DNA of 32,000 nt from Synechococcus sp. A15-24 (GTDB lineage Bacteria; Cyanobacteriota; Cyanobacteriia; PCC-6307; Cyanobiaceae). Made by a program: the position numbers and the translations under genes. Below, one piece after another: positions 1 to 9,303 of the stretch; position 1 is the first letter of the stretch; every line of letters starts with the position of its first letter. Location of the stretch: NCBI RefSeq assembly GCF_014280195.1, contig NZ_CP047960.1, positions 1,440,001 through 1,472,000 on the forward strand, read 5' to 3'. A model generated the notes under the pieces. It saw nothing but the letters and a program-made list of their open reading frames with translations, did no database searches and was not told the origin of the DNA.

Positions 1-276
1 GGTGACGATGCTTGCGACATGTCCAGCACGAACACCACCATCAACCTCCTGCTCGAGGAGGCTCTGAATGAACCGGACATCGGCACCACGAATCGGTTCC
101 GGTGGCATGCCACGGCCGTGGGCATCGCAGCGCTGTGGACTGATGACACAGCCCCGACAACACCTCCCTTCGACGACGCCCTGCAGGAGGGACTCAAGGT
201 GGGACTTGACCTCAGTCGCGAAGAACGGGAGTTCCACCAGGTGCAACAGGGCCTGGTGCTGCTGTTTCACTCCTGA
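1..276 (+). CDS. hypothetical protein, probably the 3' part of a gene running off the left edge
   Basis: Frame 1 is open from base 1 (GDDACDM...) to TGA at 274-276. The first ATG is at 19. No motif recognised. Confidence 0.3.
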   Translation, partial: GDDACDMSSTNTTINLLLEEALNEPDIGTTNRFRWHATAVGIAALWTDDTAPTTPPFDDALQEGLKVGLDLSREEREFHQVQQGLVLLFHS

Positions 277-282
277 TCAAAA

Positions 283-369
283 CGGAGAGGGTGGGATTCG
301 AACCCACGAGGGTTTGACCCCTACACGATTTCGAGTCGTGCGCAATCAACCGGACTCTGCCACCTCTCC
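283..369 (-). tRNA. tRNA-Ser, anticodon CGA
   Basis: The reverse complement reads GGAGAGG-TG-GCAGAGTCCGGTTGATTGC-GCACGA-CTCGAAA-TCGTGT-long variable arm (AGGGGTCAAACCCTC)-GTGGG-TTCGAAT-CCCAC-CCTCTCC-G. This gives a 7-bp acceptor stem, a canonical T-loop, anticodon loop CU-CGA-AA and a class II long variable arm. It is 87 nt and CCA is not encoded. Confidence 0.9.
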
Positions 370-424
370 ATACGCCAAATTGGCGTGAGTTAACTCTAAA
401 GGCCGACCTCCATTCCGCCTTCCT

Positions 425-1009
425 TCAACCAGCGTCGCTCGGTGCGATTGGGCTGAAATCCAAGCCAGGTGCCATCGACATTGGCGGAGCTGCCTTGATC
501 CTGCAGCGCCCAGAGGGCCTGGGGCCGGGGCAGCAGGCGCCAGCGCTGATCACCAATCGCAGCAGCATTGCCTGGCCGCGATCCGAAAGCAGCTCCACGG
601 ACAGCCCATCACTGAGGAGGCGCTGACCAACGACAAGACCGTCGCGCCCCTGATGCAGTGCCACCACGCGATGCCCCAGACCCTGCCAACAGGCCATCGC
701 CTCAGTGGCCACGGGATCCAACAGCATCACCCAGTCCAGCCGTTGATGGCCATGGACATCCGCCAGGCGGCGGGCCATCCGGCAACTGCTGACATCAGCT
801 GAGGTACTGACGAGTGCGCCACGGCCCTGATGGCGGGCCAGCAGCAAGTGCTGCCGGCTTCGCTGAACCGCCACCACACCATCTGCCAGCTGAACGCATC
901 CCTGCACCCCCACAGCCAACAGCGTGAGCAGCAACCCCATCGGCCGCCAGCGCCCCCAGCCAGTCAACAGCCATGGCAGCAAGCCGAGCACCAGCAACGC
1001 CACAACCAT
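425..1009 (-). CDS. comEC: ComEC/Rec2 C-terminal region (TM helices plus degenerate metallo-beta-lactamase-like part), in a different frame from the upstream comEC ORF
   Basis: The 194-aa ORF starts with TM-like MVVALLVLGLLPWLL. It continues ...VQLADGVVAVQRS..HLLLARHQG....LDWVMLLDP, resembling the ComEC C-terminal domain pattern. Its frame is open upstream only to 1039. Confidence 0.5.
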   Translation of the reverse strand: MVVALLVLGLLPWLLTGWGRWRPMGLLLTLLAVGVQGCVQLADGVVAVQRSRQHLLLARHQGRGALVSTSADVSSCRMARRLADVHGHQRLDWVMLLDPVATEAMACWQGLGHRVVALHQGRDGLVVGQRLLSDGLSVELLSDRGQAMLLRLVISAGACCPGPRPSGRCRIKAAPPMSMAPGLDFSPIAPSDAG

Positions 1010-2198
1010 GGGCTGAGGATGGCCAGTGACTGATCCAGCTCACCAGAGCAATCAACAGTGCAGCCAACTGCGCCACGGGCCAGGCCAGCAGCGGCAGTGC
1101 CGCCGCCGGCAACAGCAGCGATGCCAAAGCCAGACCCATGGCCGAGAGGGTCAACGGGGCCAGCAGTGGAGCCGCCAACAGGTTGGCCAGCAAGGCATAG
1201 AGGGGAGCAGAGCCGAAGTGCAGCAGCTGCAGCGGCAAGGTCCAGGACATCGCCGCGAGGGGAACAGCCAGGGCTGGTGCCAACCAGCCGAGCCGCGTCG
1301 GCAAGCACTCCGCCCACCACCGCTCCAGGCCAGGGCCCGTGAGGATCAAGCCCGTTGTGGCGGCAGCGCTGAGCTGAAAACCGATCGAGCGAGCCCAGGC
1401 GGGATGCACCAGCAGCATCAGGCTGAGGGTGAGCAGCAACACCCCGAAGCCACGGCTGCGCTCACCGGACTCCCGGATCAGCAGCGCCGTGGCCCCCATC
1501 AACACCGCCCGCACCACCGATGGTTGCGCCCCGGCGCAGAGCAGAAAGATCAACAAAGCCAAGGCCGCCAGGGCCAGTCGCAGGGAACGCCCCAGGCAGC
1601 GCCCCACCGCCAGCGCAGCACCCAGCAGCACAGAGAGGTGGAAGCCTGACGCCGCCAGGGCATGGGACAACCCAGCCACCCGAAAGGCCTGGCGCAGTTC
1701 ATCGGGAAGCTGCACCTGGGCGCTCCCCAGCACTAGCGCCGCCAGCAACCCGCCTCGCTCTGGTCCAGCCGCGGCCTGAAGACGATCAGCAACCTGCCGC
1801 CGCAGATCGGCGATAGGGGTCCAGGGCCGGTTGAGCACCTCGATGCTCGTGGCCCGAAGCTGGCTCCAACTGCCCCGGGCCGCCAAGCGTTCCGCCGGAC
1901 CAGGCAGCAGGGGGTGGACACCAGCAGCGGGGCGTTTCAGCGGCCCGCGCACCCGAACCCGCCAACCTTGGCGGGGCGGATCCGGACAAGGGCGGAGCTG
2001 AAGCTCCGTGCGTCCGTCACGACGAACCGCGTCGATCCACTCCACCGCCACCAGAGCGGAGCAGGCGTCATCAAACCGTCGGGCATCCGCCAGCAGCCGA
2101 CCGGTCAGCTGCACGTCGGAGCAGTTCTGCTGGATCGAGTGGGATGGATCAGACGCTTGCGGCAGAGGAGCCCCCCAGAACAGCCCCCGCAGTAGCAA
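795..2198 (-). CDS. comEC: ComEC/Rec2 family DNA internalisation channel protein (N-terminal and competence domain); the last ~70 codons look out of frame
   Basis: The ORF is polytopic and contains the characteristic AGLSHALAASGFHLSVLLG competence-domain motif plus multiple Leu/Ala-rich TM segments. The tail after ...LVSWISHWP is Gly/Ala/Arg-rich junk-like sequence. Confidence 0.75.
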   Translation of the reverse strand: MLLRGLFWGAPLPQASDPSHSIQQNCSDVQLTGRLLADARRFDDACSALVAVEWIDAVRRDGRTELQLRPCPDPPRQGWRVRVRGPLKRPAAGVHPLLPGPAERLAARGSWSQLRATSIEVLNRPWTPIADLRRQVADRLQAAAGPERGGLLAALVLGSAQVQLPDELRQAFRVAGLSHALAASGFHLSVLLGAALAVGRCLGRSLRLALAALALLIFLLCAGAQPSVVRAVLMGATALLIRESGERSRGFGVLLLTLSLMLLVHPAWARSIGFQLSAAATTGLILTGPGLERWWAECLPTRLGWLAPALAVPLAAMSWTLPLQLLHFGSAPLYALLANLLAAPLLAPLTLSAMGLALASLLLPAAALPLLAWPVAQLAALLIALVSWISHWPSSAHGCGVAGARLAAMAVDWLGALAADGVAAHAVGCGGAGMRSAGRWCGGGSAKPAALAAGPPSGPWRTRQYLS

Positions 2199-2255
2199 GG
2201 CCAGGCAGAGCAGCAGGGCGCAGGACTGAACAGAGGGGAATCGGGGCAGGAGTCA

Positions 2256-3146
2256 TCAGGCCGCTGACGGAAGTGTTCCCCCCTCCAGCAGCGGGAATCC
2301 CAGCGCTTCACGCTCCGCCAGCCAGGTTTCCGCCACCTTGCGGGCCAGGGTGCGAATCCGACCGATGGTGGCGGTGCGTTCGGTGACCGAGATCACGCCG
2401 CGGGCTTCCAACAGGTTGAAGGTGTGGCTGCACTTGAGCACGAAATCCAGTGCTGGAGCCGGCAGCTTCTTCTCGATCAGGTCAGAGGCCTCGGCCTCAT
2501 AGATGGCGAACAGCTGCTTCAGCCGCTCGGGATCGGAGCCCTCGAAGTTGAAGTGGCACTGCCCCTTTTCAAAAGGCAGCCAGATGTCGCCGTAGTTGCG
2601 CTCAGGGTTCCAGCTCAGATCCCAGATGCTCTCCACGTCCTGGAGGTACATGGCCAGACGCTCGAGGCCGTAGGTGATTTCGATCGACACCGGTTTGCAG
2701 TCGATCCCGCCGCATTGCTGGAAATAGGTGAACTGGGTCACCTCCATTCCGTCCAGCCACACCTCCCAGCCCACACCCCAGGCGCCGAGGGTGGGGGATT
2801 CCCAGTTGTCCTCCACAAAGCGGATGTCGTGGTCGGCTGCCTTGATGCCCAGGGCTTCCAGAGAGGCGAGGTAGGTCTCCTGGATGCCGTCCGGGGAGGG
2901 CTTGATCAGCACCTGGAACTGGAAGTAATGCTGAGCCCGGTTGGGGTTATCGCCATAGCGGCCATCGGTGGGCCTGCGGCAGGGCTCCGGATAGGCCACG
3001 GCCCATGGTTCCGGACCGATCGCCCGCAGCACCGTATGGGGGCTCATGGTGCCGGCCCCTTTCTCGGTGTCGTAGGGCTGCAGCAGCAGGCATCCCTGAT
3101 CCGCCCAGAAGCGCTGCAAAGTCGAGATGATGTCCTGAAAATGCAC
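2256..3146 (-). CDS. glyQ: glycine--tRNA ligase alpha subunit
   Basis: Canonical N-terminus [38 protein letters not shown]... and [13 protein letters not shown] motif. Length is 296 aa. Confidence 0.95.
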   Translation of the reverse strand: MHFQDIISTLQRFWADQGCLLLQPYDTEKGAGTMSPHTVLRAIGPEPWAVAYPEPCRRPTDGRYGDNPNRAQHYFQFQVLIKPSPDGIQETYLASLEALGIKAADHDIRFVEDNWESPTLGAWGVGWEVWLDGMEVTQFTYFQQCGGIDCKPVSIEITYGLERLAMYLQDVESIWDLSWNPERNYGDIWLPFEKGQCHFNFEGSDPERLKQLFAIYEAEASDLIEKKLPAPALDFVLKCSHTFNLLEARGVISVTERTATIGRIRTLARKVAETWLAEREALGFPLLEGGTLPSAA

Positions 3147-4041
3147 TGCGAAGCGAAGGTGCCTTGGGGTTGATTCTGCCTAGGGAGTCAGCCCCCCTGC
3201 CCCATCGACCTGGCCAGCCCGTTCGTGCCAACTGGCCGAGCTGCCTGAGACGGGAGGAACGGCTGTCGAACTCGGGGATCCGCCACATCCGCTCCCGACC
3301 GGCGAACTGGCCAATGATGTTGATGCTGCGGCGACGCACCACTGGATCGCGGCGTGGGGTAACGCTGTGGACAGCACCGCGGGTGTTGAGGAACAGCACA
3401 AAGCAATTGCGCCGGTACGGCAACGAGTGCAACGGCATGCGCAGTTTTGGCGCCAGCTGCCGGCCGATGGCCTTGTCCATCCGGCGGATCGGCTGATCAA
3501 GCCGATGCAGGGTGAACTCACCACCGGATGCCTGATCTCGAGGTGAACGCATGTAGAGGAGCCCCGCATAGATCTCCTTGGGGTTGTCCACATGGGGCGG
3601 CTGATTGGTGGACGCCCCGCCGATGGGCTCGTTCAGCACGAACTGACAGTCGGTGACGAGATCCGATGGGCCACCCATCCGCCTTGGTGCCACCGAACCG
3701 GCAAGCAACCGCTGCAAGCCTCTCGGTCCGAGACAGAGCAGCAGTTGGGGCTCAAACAGACGCACCACCGCCTGCAAGTACTCGGCACTGGTGTGAAACC
3801 GCAGGAAGTCCTCCCAGATGGGAGGGAGATCGCTCCAGGCCAGTGCTTCTGGGGTTTTCAGACGTCGGGTGGGGCTGCCGCCATCCATCCGCTGGACCCG
3901 GCCCAGGATCTGCTCTTCAGGGAAGGTCGCCTCCAGTTCTGAATAGATCGCCTCCGGCAGCGCCGCTTCGGTGAAGACGTGGTGATAAGGGTGGTCTTCA
4001 ACCCGTTGGATCGACTGGAGGCAACTGAGCCGCTCCATCAC
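2947..4041 (-). CDS. 2OG-Fe(II) oxygenase-like hypothetical protein with an anomalous ~95-aa C-terminal tail that overlaps glyQ
   Basis: Has an HxD-type motif ([17 protein letters not shown]) and a distal His (GAVHSVTP) in a jelly-roll-like context. The ORF has no stop until 2947, which is 200 nt inside glyQ in another frame. Confidence 0.55.
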   Translation of the reverse strand: MMERLSCLQSIQRVEDHPYHHVFTEAALPEAIYSELEATFPEEQILGRVQRMDGGSPTRRLKTPEALAWSDLPPIWEDFLRFHTSAEYLQAVVRLFEPQLLLCLGPRGLQRLLAGSVAPRRMGGPSDLVTDCQFVLNEPIGGASTNQPPHVDNPKEIYAGLLYMRSPRDQASGGEFTLHRLDQPIRRMDKAIGRQLAPKLRMPLHSLPYRRNCFVLFLNTRGAVHSVTPRRDPVVRRRSINIIGQFAGRERMWRIPEFDSRSSRLRQLGQLARTGWPGRWGRGADSLGRINPKAPSLRSAFSGHHLDFAALLGGSGMPAAAALRHRERGRHHEPPYGAAGDRSGTMGRGLSGALPQAHRWPLWR

Positions 4042-4075
4042 CAGAGGGATGCAAACGACCCGAGCCTGGCAGACC

Positions 4076-4498
4076 TCAGCTCTTCAAAGCCAGACAGCGG
4101 TGCAGGTGAGCAATGGCGTGATGGCGATGGGGGTTGCTGCCGTTCGGTCCGATCAACCCGAGCCAAAAACTGCCATCGCCCTGGAACACGAGCACCGGCT
4201 TGGCGCCGCCCTTGCCGTGGGATTCCAGCAAGGACATGCAGAGCTTTTCGGCCACTTCATGGCCCTTGGGTCGCTGGCGCAGGCGCCGGAGCAGGGGATC
4301 CACCTGCGAAAAGGAGACAAAGCTGGCGCGCGCTGAATCGGTCACCAGGATCAGTCCATCCAACCACTGCACCTCCTGAAGCAACTCCTCAATCGTGGGA
4401 AGCAGCGTCGGGAGCGGGAAAGCCACTGCAGACCCCTTCTTAAACTTGTCTTTAGCTTTACAACACCAATCGCCTGTGTCGCAAGCGACGCAACACAA
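4076..4498 (-). CDS. hypothetical protein (start uncertain; an in-frame GTG at ...SAVAFPL is an alternative)
   Basis: A 140-aa ORF fills the gap between menG and the 2OG-like gene on the same strand. No motif recognised. Confidence 0.5.
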   Translation of the reverse strand: MCCVACDTGDWCCKAKDKFKKGSAVAFPLPTLLPTIEELLQEVQWLDGLILVTDSARASFVSFSQVDPLLRRLRQRPKGHEVAEKLCMSLLESHGKGGAKPVLVFQGDGSFWLGLIGPNGSNPHRHHAIAHLHRCLALKS

Positions 4499-4501
4499 GC
4501 T

Positions 4502-5203
4502 TCACCGTTGCAACAGCAGCATTCCCATCTGGCCCGCCACCAGGGTGTGATGACTGGCCTCTGCAAATCCCGCCTCCAGGGCCAGACGCTCCTGAGCCGT
4601 GCCATCGGGGAACCCTTTCAAGCTCTCCTCCAGATAGGCGTATTCCTCCTTGAGACCAGCCGCAGACGCCACCGGCACCACAAGCCTACGCAGATAAAAG
4701 CGCTGGAAGTCCGCGGCAGGCCCCGCCGTCGCCAGGCGATTGAAATCGAGCACACCAGCGCGGCGACCTGGTTTTAGCAGACGGGCCATCTCCTTCAGTC
4801 CCGCCGCTGGATCCGCGAGGTTGCGCAGGCCATAGGCCATCACGATCCCATCGGCCGAGGCGTCCGGCAGCCCCGTGGACAGGGCATCCCCCTGCTGGAA
4901 CACAACATTCAGCCAGGGCTGACGGCTTTGGCGTTGACGGGCGAGCTCCAGCGGTGCTGCCGCGGCATCCAGACCCAGCACTGAGCCACCGGGCCGAACG
5001 CGGCGGGCCAGCTCAAGGGCGAGATCCCCCGTCCCGCAGCAGAGATCGAGCCAGGTCTCTCCAGCTGCGGGGCTGAGCAAGCACTGCAACTGGCGCTTCC
5101 ACTGGCGATGCAGCCCAAGGCTCAGCAGGTCATTGAGTTGGTCGTAACGGGATGCGACCGAATCGAACAGCTGCTCAACCGCAGCGGGGTCACCTGGTTT
5201 CAC
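4502..5203 (-). CDS. menG: demethylphylloquinone/demethylmenaquinone methyltransferase (UbiE/MenG family)
   Basis: [22 protein letters not shown]... is the UbiE signature. The SAM-binding site is [11 protein letters not shown]. There is a 4-nt overlap with the hisF stop. Confidence 0.9.
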   Translation of the reverse strand: MKPGDPAAVEQLFDSVASRYDQLNDLLSLGLHRQWKRQLQCLLSPAAGETWLDLCCGTGDLALELARRVRPGGSVLGLDAAAAPLELARQRQSRQPWLNVVFQQGDALSTGLPDASADGIVMAYGLRNLADPAAGLKEMARLLKPGRRAGVLDFNRLATAGPAADFQRFYLRRLVVPVASAAGLKEEYAYLEESLKGFPDGTAQERLALEAGFAEASHHTLVAGQMGMLLLQR

Positions 5204-5970
5204 GGACGAATCGACAGACCTCGCGCCAGCAGATCCTGCTTGATCTCCTCGACCGTGAGAACACCGTCATGCAACAGGGAAGCCAGCAGGGCAGCGGAGG
5301 CATGGCCACCGTCCGGTCCTGTCTCCAGGGCCTGGGCGATGTGGTCCATGCAACCGGCACCACCGGAGGCGATCACCGGCACCGGCACTGCATCCGCCAC
5401 TGCACGGGTCAGGGCAAGGTCGTAGCCCGCCTGGGTGCCATCGCCATCCATGGAGGTCAGCAGGATTTCGCCAGCACCGAGCTCCGCCACCCGTCGCGCC
5501 CAATCCACGGCATCCAGACCGGTGTTCTCGCGCCCACCCTTCACAAAAACGTCCCAGGCATCCACATCCCGCCTGCGGGCATCGATCGCCACAACGATGC
5601 ACTGACAGCCAAAACGCTCAGCCCCCTCACGCACCAACTCAGGACGTCGCACGGCTGAGGAGTTCAAGCTCACCTTGTCGGCCCCGGCCCTCAGCAGATC
5701 GGTGATGCCCTCCACCGTGGAGATCCCGCCACCCACGGTGAAAGGTATTGTGACCGATTCAGCGGTGCGACGCACCATGTCGATCAAGGTGCCACGCCCT
5801 TCGTGGCTGGCCGCGATGTCGAGAAACACCAGCTCGTCCGCCCCAGCGCCGCTGTAGCGACAGGCCAGTTCCACAGGATCACCGGCATCCCGCAGACCGA
5901 CGAAGTTGACGCCCTTCACCACCCGTCCGCGGGCGACATCCAGGCAGGGAATCAAGCGGAGAGCAACCAT
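5200..5970 (-). CDS. hisF: imidazole glycerol phosphate synthase cyclase subunit
   Basis: [28 protein letters not shown]...[10 protein letters not shown] and later SGGAG motifs are typical of HisF. Length is 256 aa. Confidence 0.95.
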   Translation of the reverse strand: MVALRLIPCLDVARGRVVKGVNFVGLRDAGDPVELACRYSGAGADELVFLDIAASHEGRGTLIDMVRRTAESVTIPFTVGGGISTVEGITDLLRAGADKVSLNSSAVRRPELVREGAERFGCQCIVVAIDARRRDVDAWDVFVKGGRENTGLDAVDWARRVAELGAGEILLTSMDGDGTQAGYDLALTRAVADAVPVPVIASGGAGCMDHIAQALETGPDGGHASAALLASLLHDGVLTVEEIKQDLLARGLSIRP

Positions 5971-6017
5971 CGGAACGGCGCAAAAGCGACTGTTAGGGTT
6001 GCGCCACTATTCAAGCC

Positions 6018-6242
6018 TTGCAGGCCATGTCCCAGGCTGCGTCGATCAACATCGGCTCCAAGATCCGCGTCACCCGTGTGCGTGATCGGATTCCTCAAAG
6101 CCTGGTGGACCTGCTCAAAGCTGACGCCAGCGGTACGGTGAAGGAATTCCGCACCGTGGACGGCAAGGGCATCGGTGTGGTGGTGGAACTAAGCGATGGC
6201 TCCACCAACTGGTTTTTCGAAGACGAAATCGCAGCTGCCTGA
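6018..6242 (+). CDS. small conserved cyanobacterial-type protein (possibly DUF2862-like); start could be the second Met at 6027
   Basis: A 74-aa ORF in the divergent gap between hisF and chlG, with ordinary protein-like composition (IGSKIRVTRVRDRIPQSLVDLLK...). The family assignment is from memory only. Confidence 0.55.
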   Translation: MQAMSQAASINIGSKIRVTRVRDRIPQSLVDLLKADASGTVKEFRTVDGKGIGVVVELSDGSTNWFFEDEIAAA

Positions 6243-6253
6243 GGACATTCCCT

Positions 6254-7207
6254 GTGAGCGACGCACGTCAGCTGCTGGGCATGAAAGGTGCCTCCGGCAC
6301 CACCAACATCTGGAAGCTGCGGCTGCAGCTGATGAAACCGGTCACCTGGATTCCCTTGATCTGGGGTGTGATCTGTGGTGCCGCGGCTAGTGGCAACTAC
6401 CAGTGGAAGCTGGACCACGTGCTGGCGGCATTTGCCTGCATGTTGATGAGCGGCCCCCTGCTTGCGGGCTTCACCCAGACCATCAACGATTACTACGACC
6501 GCGACATCGACGCGATCAATGAGCCCTATCGGCCGATACCTTCCGGTGCCATTCCTTTGGGACAAGTCAAGCTGCAGATCTGGCTGCTGCTGATCGCTGG
6601 CTTGGCGTTGTCCTACGGCCTTGACCTCTGGGCCGACCACAGCACTCCGGTGGTGTTCCTGCTGGCCCTGGGGGGATCTTTTGTCAGTTACATCTATTCA
6701 GCTCCACCGCTGAAGCTGAAGCAGAACGGTTGGCTGGGAAACTACGCCCTTGGAGCCAGCTACATCGCACTGCCTTGGTGGGCTGGCCAGGCCCTGTTCG
6801 GTCAACTGACTTGGAGTACGGCTCTTCTGACCCTTGCCTACAGCCTCGCCGGCCTGGGCATTGCCGTGGTGAATGATTTCAAGAGCGTTGAGGGGGACCG
6901 GGAACTGGGGCTTCAGTCGCTCCCCGTTGTGTTCGGGATCAAAACGGCCAGTTGGATCAGCGCCGGAATGATCGACATCTTCCAGCTGGCCATGGTTGCC
7001 GTTCTCATTGCCATCGGTCAGCATTTCGCTGCTGTTCTGCTGGTGCTGTTGATCGTGCCCCAGATCACCTTCCAGGACATCTGGCTGCTGCGGGACCCCG
7101 TGGAATTTGACGTCAAATACCAAGCCAGCGCTCAACCCTTTCTCGTGCTCGGCATGCTGGTGACGGCGCTGGCCGTGGGCCACAGTCCACTCACTCAGCT
7201 GATGTGA
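6254..7207 (+). CDS. chlG: chlorophyll a synthase (UbiA prenyltransferase family)
   Basis: N-terminus ...LLGMKGA..TNIWKLRLQLMKPVTWIPLIWGVICGAAASG and NDYYDRDIDAINEPYRPIPSG, the UbiA Asp-rich motif. GTG start. Confidence 0.92.
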   Translation: MSDARQLLGMKGASGTTNIWKLRLQLMKPVTWIPLIWGVICGAAASGNYQWKLDHVLAAFACMLMSGPLLAGFTQTINDYYDRDIDAINEPYRPIPSGAIPLGQVKLQIWLLLIAGLALSYGLDLWADHSTPVVFLLALGGSFVSYIYSAPPLKLKQNGWLGNYALGASYIALPWWAGQALFGQLTWSTALLTLAYSLAGLGIAVVNDFKSVEGDRELGLQSLPVVFGIKTASWISAGMIDIFQLAMVAVLIAIGQHFAAVLLVLLIVPQITFQDIWLLRDPVEFDVKYQASAQPFLVLGMLVTALAVGHSPLTQLM

Positions 7208-9303
7208 ACCGCTCCCGTCTGCATTGGGCCCTCATCGCCGCAGCTGCAGCGGGTGTAGGCGTCGGTGCTGCTCTCGGAACTCGGGCGCTGACCAAGCTGA
7301 TCGACACGGCTCTGCCTGATGCCCGCGGCATCGCCAACTTCAATCGCCCAGGAACCATCACGCTGCTCTCCACGCGGGGGCGCATCATCCAGAAACTGGG
7401 GCCAGCCACCCGGGACAAGCTGGAGCCGGGCTCCATGCCCCTGCTGGTTCAACAGGCTTTTATCGCCGCCGAAGACCGGCGCTTCTTTGACCACGACGGG
7501 GTCGATGGTTGGGGAATTGCCCGCGCGGTGGTCACCAACGTCCGACAGGGATCGGTGCGGGAAGGCGCCAGCACCATCACCCAGCAGCTGGCCCGTACGG
7601 TCTTTCTCAGCCAGGACCGCACCATCATTCGAAAACTCAAGGAAGCAGCTCTGGCCCTGAAGCTGGAACGTCAGCTGAGCAAGCAGCAGATCCTTGAGCA
7701 GTACCTCAACTTTGTGTATCTCGGATCCGGTGCCTATGGCGTGGCGGACGCCGCCTGGAACTACTTCTCCAAAACACCAGATCAGCTCACGCTGCCGGAA
7801 GCCGCTCTCATCGCTGGACTTCCCCCGGCACCATCAGTGTACTCGCCTCTGGTGAATCCAGAGCTGGCGCGGCAGCAACGATCGATCGTGCTGGAGCGGA
7901 TGCGTCAGGAGGGTTTCATCACCAGCACCGCGGCCTCAGCGGCCAGAAACTCTCCGCTCAATCTGAAGCCGGCCACACCGAAATACTTCAACAGCGCAGC
8001 ACCGTTCTTCACCAGCTGGGTGGCCCAGGAGCTCCCCAAAATCGTTACCCAGGAACAGCTGGAAGTGGGCGGACTCAAGGTGCGCACCAGCCTCAACCTC
8101 GACTGGCAAAAGAAGGCCCAGCAGGTCATCCTTGGGCATGCCCCCTTCGACACCGAGGGGGCTCTGGTCTCCATACAACCGGGCACCGGTCTCGTTCGCG
8201 CCATGGTGGGCGGGAAGAGCTACGTCGCGAGCCAGTTCAATCGCGCCACCCAGGCCCTTCGATCGCCGGGGTCCACCTTCAAGCTCTTCCCCTACGCGGC
8301 AGCCATCAACCGGGGCATCAAACCGGAGGACATCTTTTTGGATACGCCACGTTGTTGGCGGGGTTACTGCCCAAAGAACTTCGGCGCCAAATATTTCGGA
8401 CCGGTCTCCCTCGCAGATGCTCTGAAGAACTCACTGAACACGGTTGCCGTCCAATTGCAGGACAAGGTGGGCTTCGACGCCATCATCGAGACCGCCAATG
8501 GCTTTGATATCGGCACGACCCGTCCGCTTGGCAAGTACTACCCGATGGCGATCGGGGCCTACGAACAGACGGTGCTGGAGATGGCCGCGGCCTATGCCGG
8601 TGTGACGAACCGCGGGGTATTTGTGCAACCGACACCGTTCGAAGAAATCCGCGGTCCCAAGGATGAATTGATCTGGAGCCGTCGCATTGATGGCGATCGC
8701 GGCCGTCGCGCTCTGGACAGTGATGTCGCTGATGCCATGAACTGGATGCTTCAACGGGTCGTGACCGGTGGTACGGGCATCGCCGCCAAGCTGGACAACC
8801 GAGCTGTGGCGGGCAAGACGGGAACCTCCGAAGGTGCCCGCGATCTCTGGTTTATCGGATCAATCCCGCAGCTCACCACAGCTGTGTGGTTCGGCTACGA
8901 CAACAACAAAGAAACAAAGAGCAACAGCGGGGAAGCCGCTTGGACCTGGAAGCAATTCATGGTTCAGATCGAGGACGAGTTTCCTCAGCAGCCGTTCCCG
9001 GCAAAACCCGTTCTGAAACGTCCGTTCAAGCCGCCAGGCAAAGCCAAACCGAAGAAAACAGACAAAAAAATCCCTTACCGCGGCTACGACTACGCGCCAA
9101 AGCCCGTTTACACAGCCCCACGCTGGGAACCCGATCCATCGATGGCTCCTGCGCCTGTCCCTCTCCCTGCCCCGGTCCCTTACACCCAGCCACTTTTTGA
9201 GCAAAGTCCAGGCCCTACAGCTCAACCCGAACCACCGGGTGAGCCTCCTGCTGAGGTGAACGGCCGGCGCAACTGGCTCAAACCGCAGATTCAACGGCGC
9301 TGA
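7204..9303 (+). CDS. mrcA: class A penicillin-binding protein (glycosyltransferase plus transpeptidase) with a Pro-rich C-terminal tail
   Basis: GT51 motifs are EDRRFFDHDGVD and GASTITQQL. Transpeptidase motifs are SPGSTFK, SLN and KTGT. The GTG start overlaps the chlG stop (GTGA). Confidence 0.9.
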   Translation: MNRSRLHWALIAAAAAGVGVGAALGTRALTKLIDTALPDARGIANFNRPGTITLLSTRGRIIQKLGPATRDKLEPGSMPLLVQQAFIAAEDRRFFDHDGVDGWGIARAVVTNVRQGSVREGASTITQQLARTVFLSQDRTIIRKLKEAALALKLERQLSKQQILEQYLNFVYLGSGAYGVADAAWNYFSKTPDQLTLPEAALIAGLPPAPSVYSPLVNPELARQQRSIVLERMRQEGFITSTAASAARNSPLNLKPATPKYFNSAAPFFTSWVAQELPKIVTQEQLEVGGLKVRTSLNLDWQKKAQQVILGHAPFDTEGALVSIQPGTGLVRAMVGGKSYVASQFNRATQALRSPGSTFKLFPYAAAINRGIKPEDIFLDTPRCWRGYCPKNFGAKYFGPVSLADALKNSLNTVAVQLQDKVGFDAIIETANGFDIGTTRPLGKYYPMAIGAYEQTVLEMAAAYAGVTNRGVFVQPTPFEEIRGPKDELIWSRRIDGDRGRRALDSDVADAMNWMLQRVVTGGTGIAAKLDNRAVAGKTGTSEGARDLWFIGSIPQLTTAVWFGYDNNKETKSNSGEAAWTWKQFMVQIEDEFPQQPFPAKPVLKRPFKPPGKAKPKKTDKKIPYRGYDYAPKPVYTAPRWEPDPSMAPAPVPLPAPVPYTQPLFEQSPGPTAQPEPPGEPPAEVNGRRNWLKPQIQRR

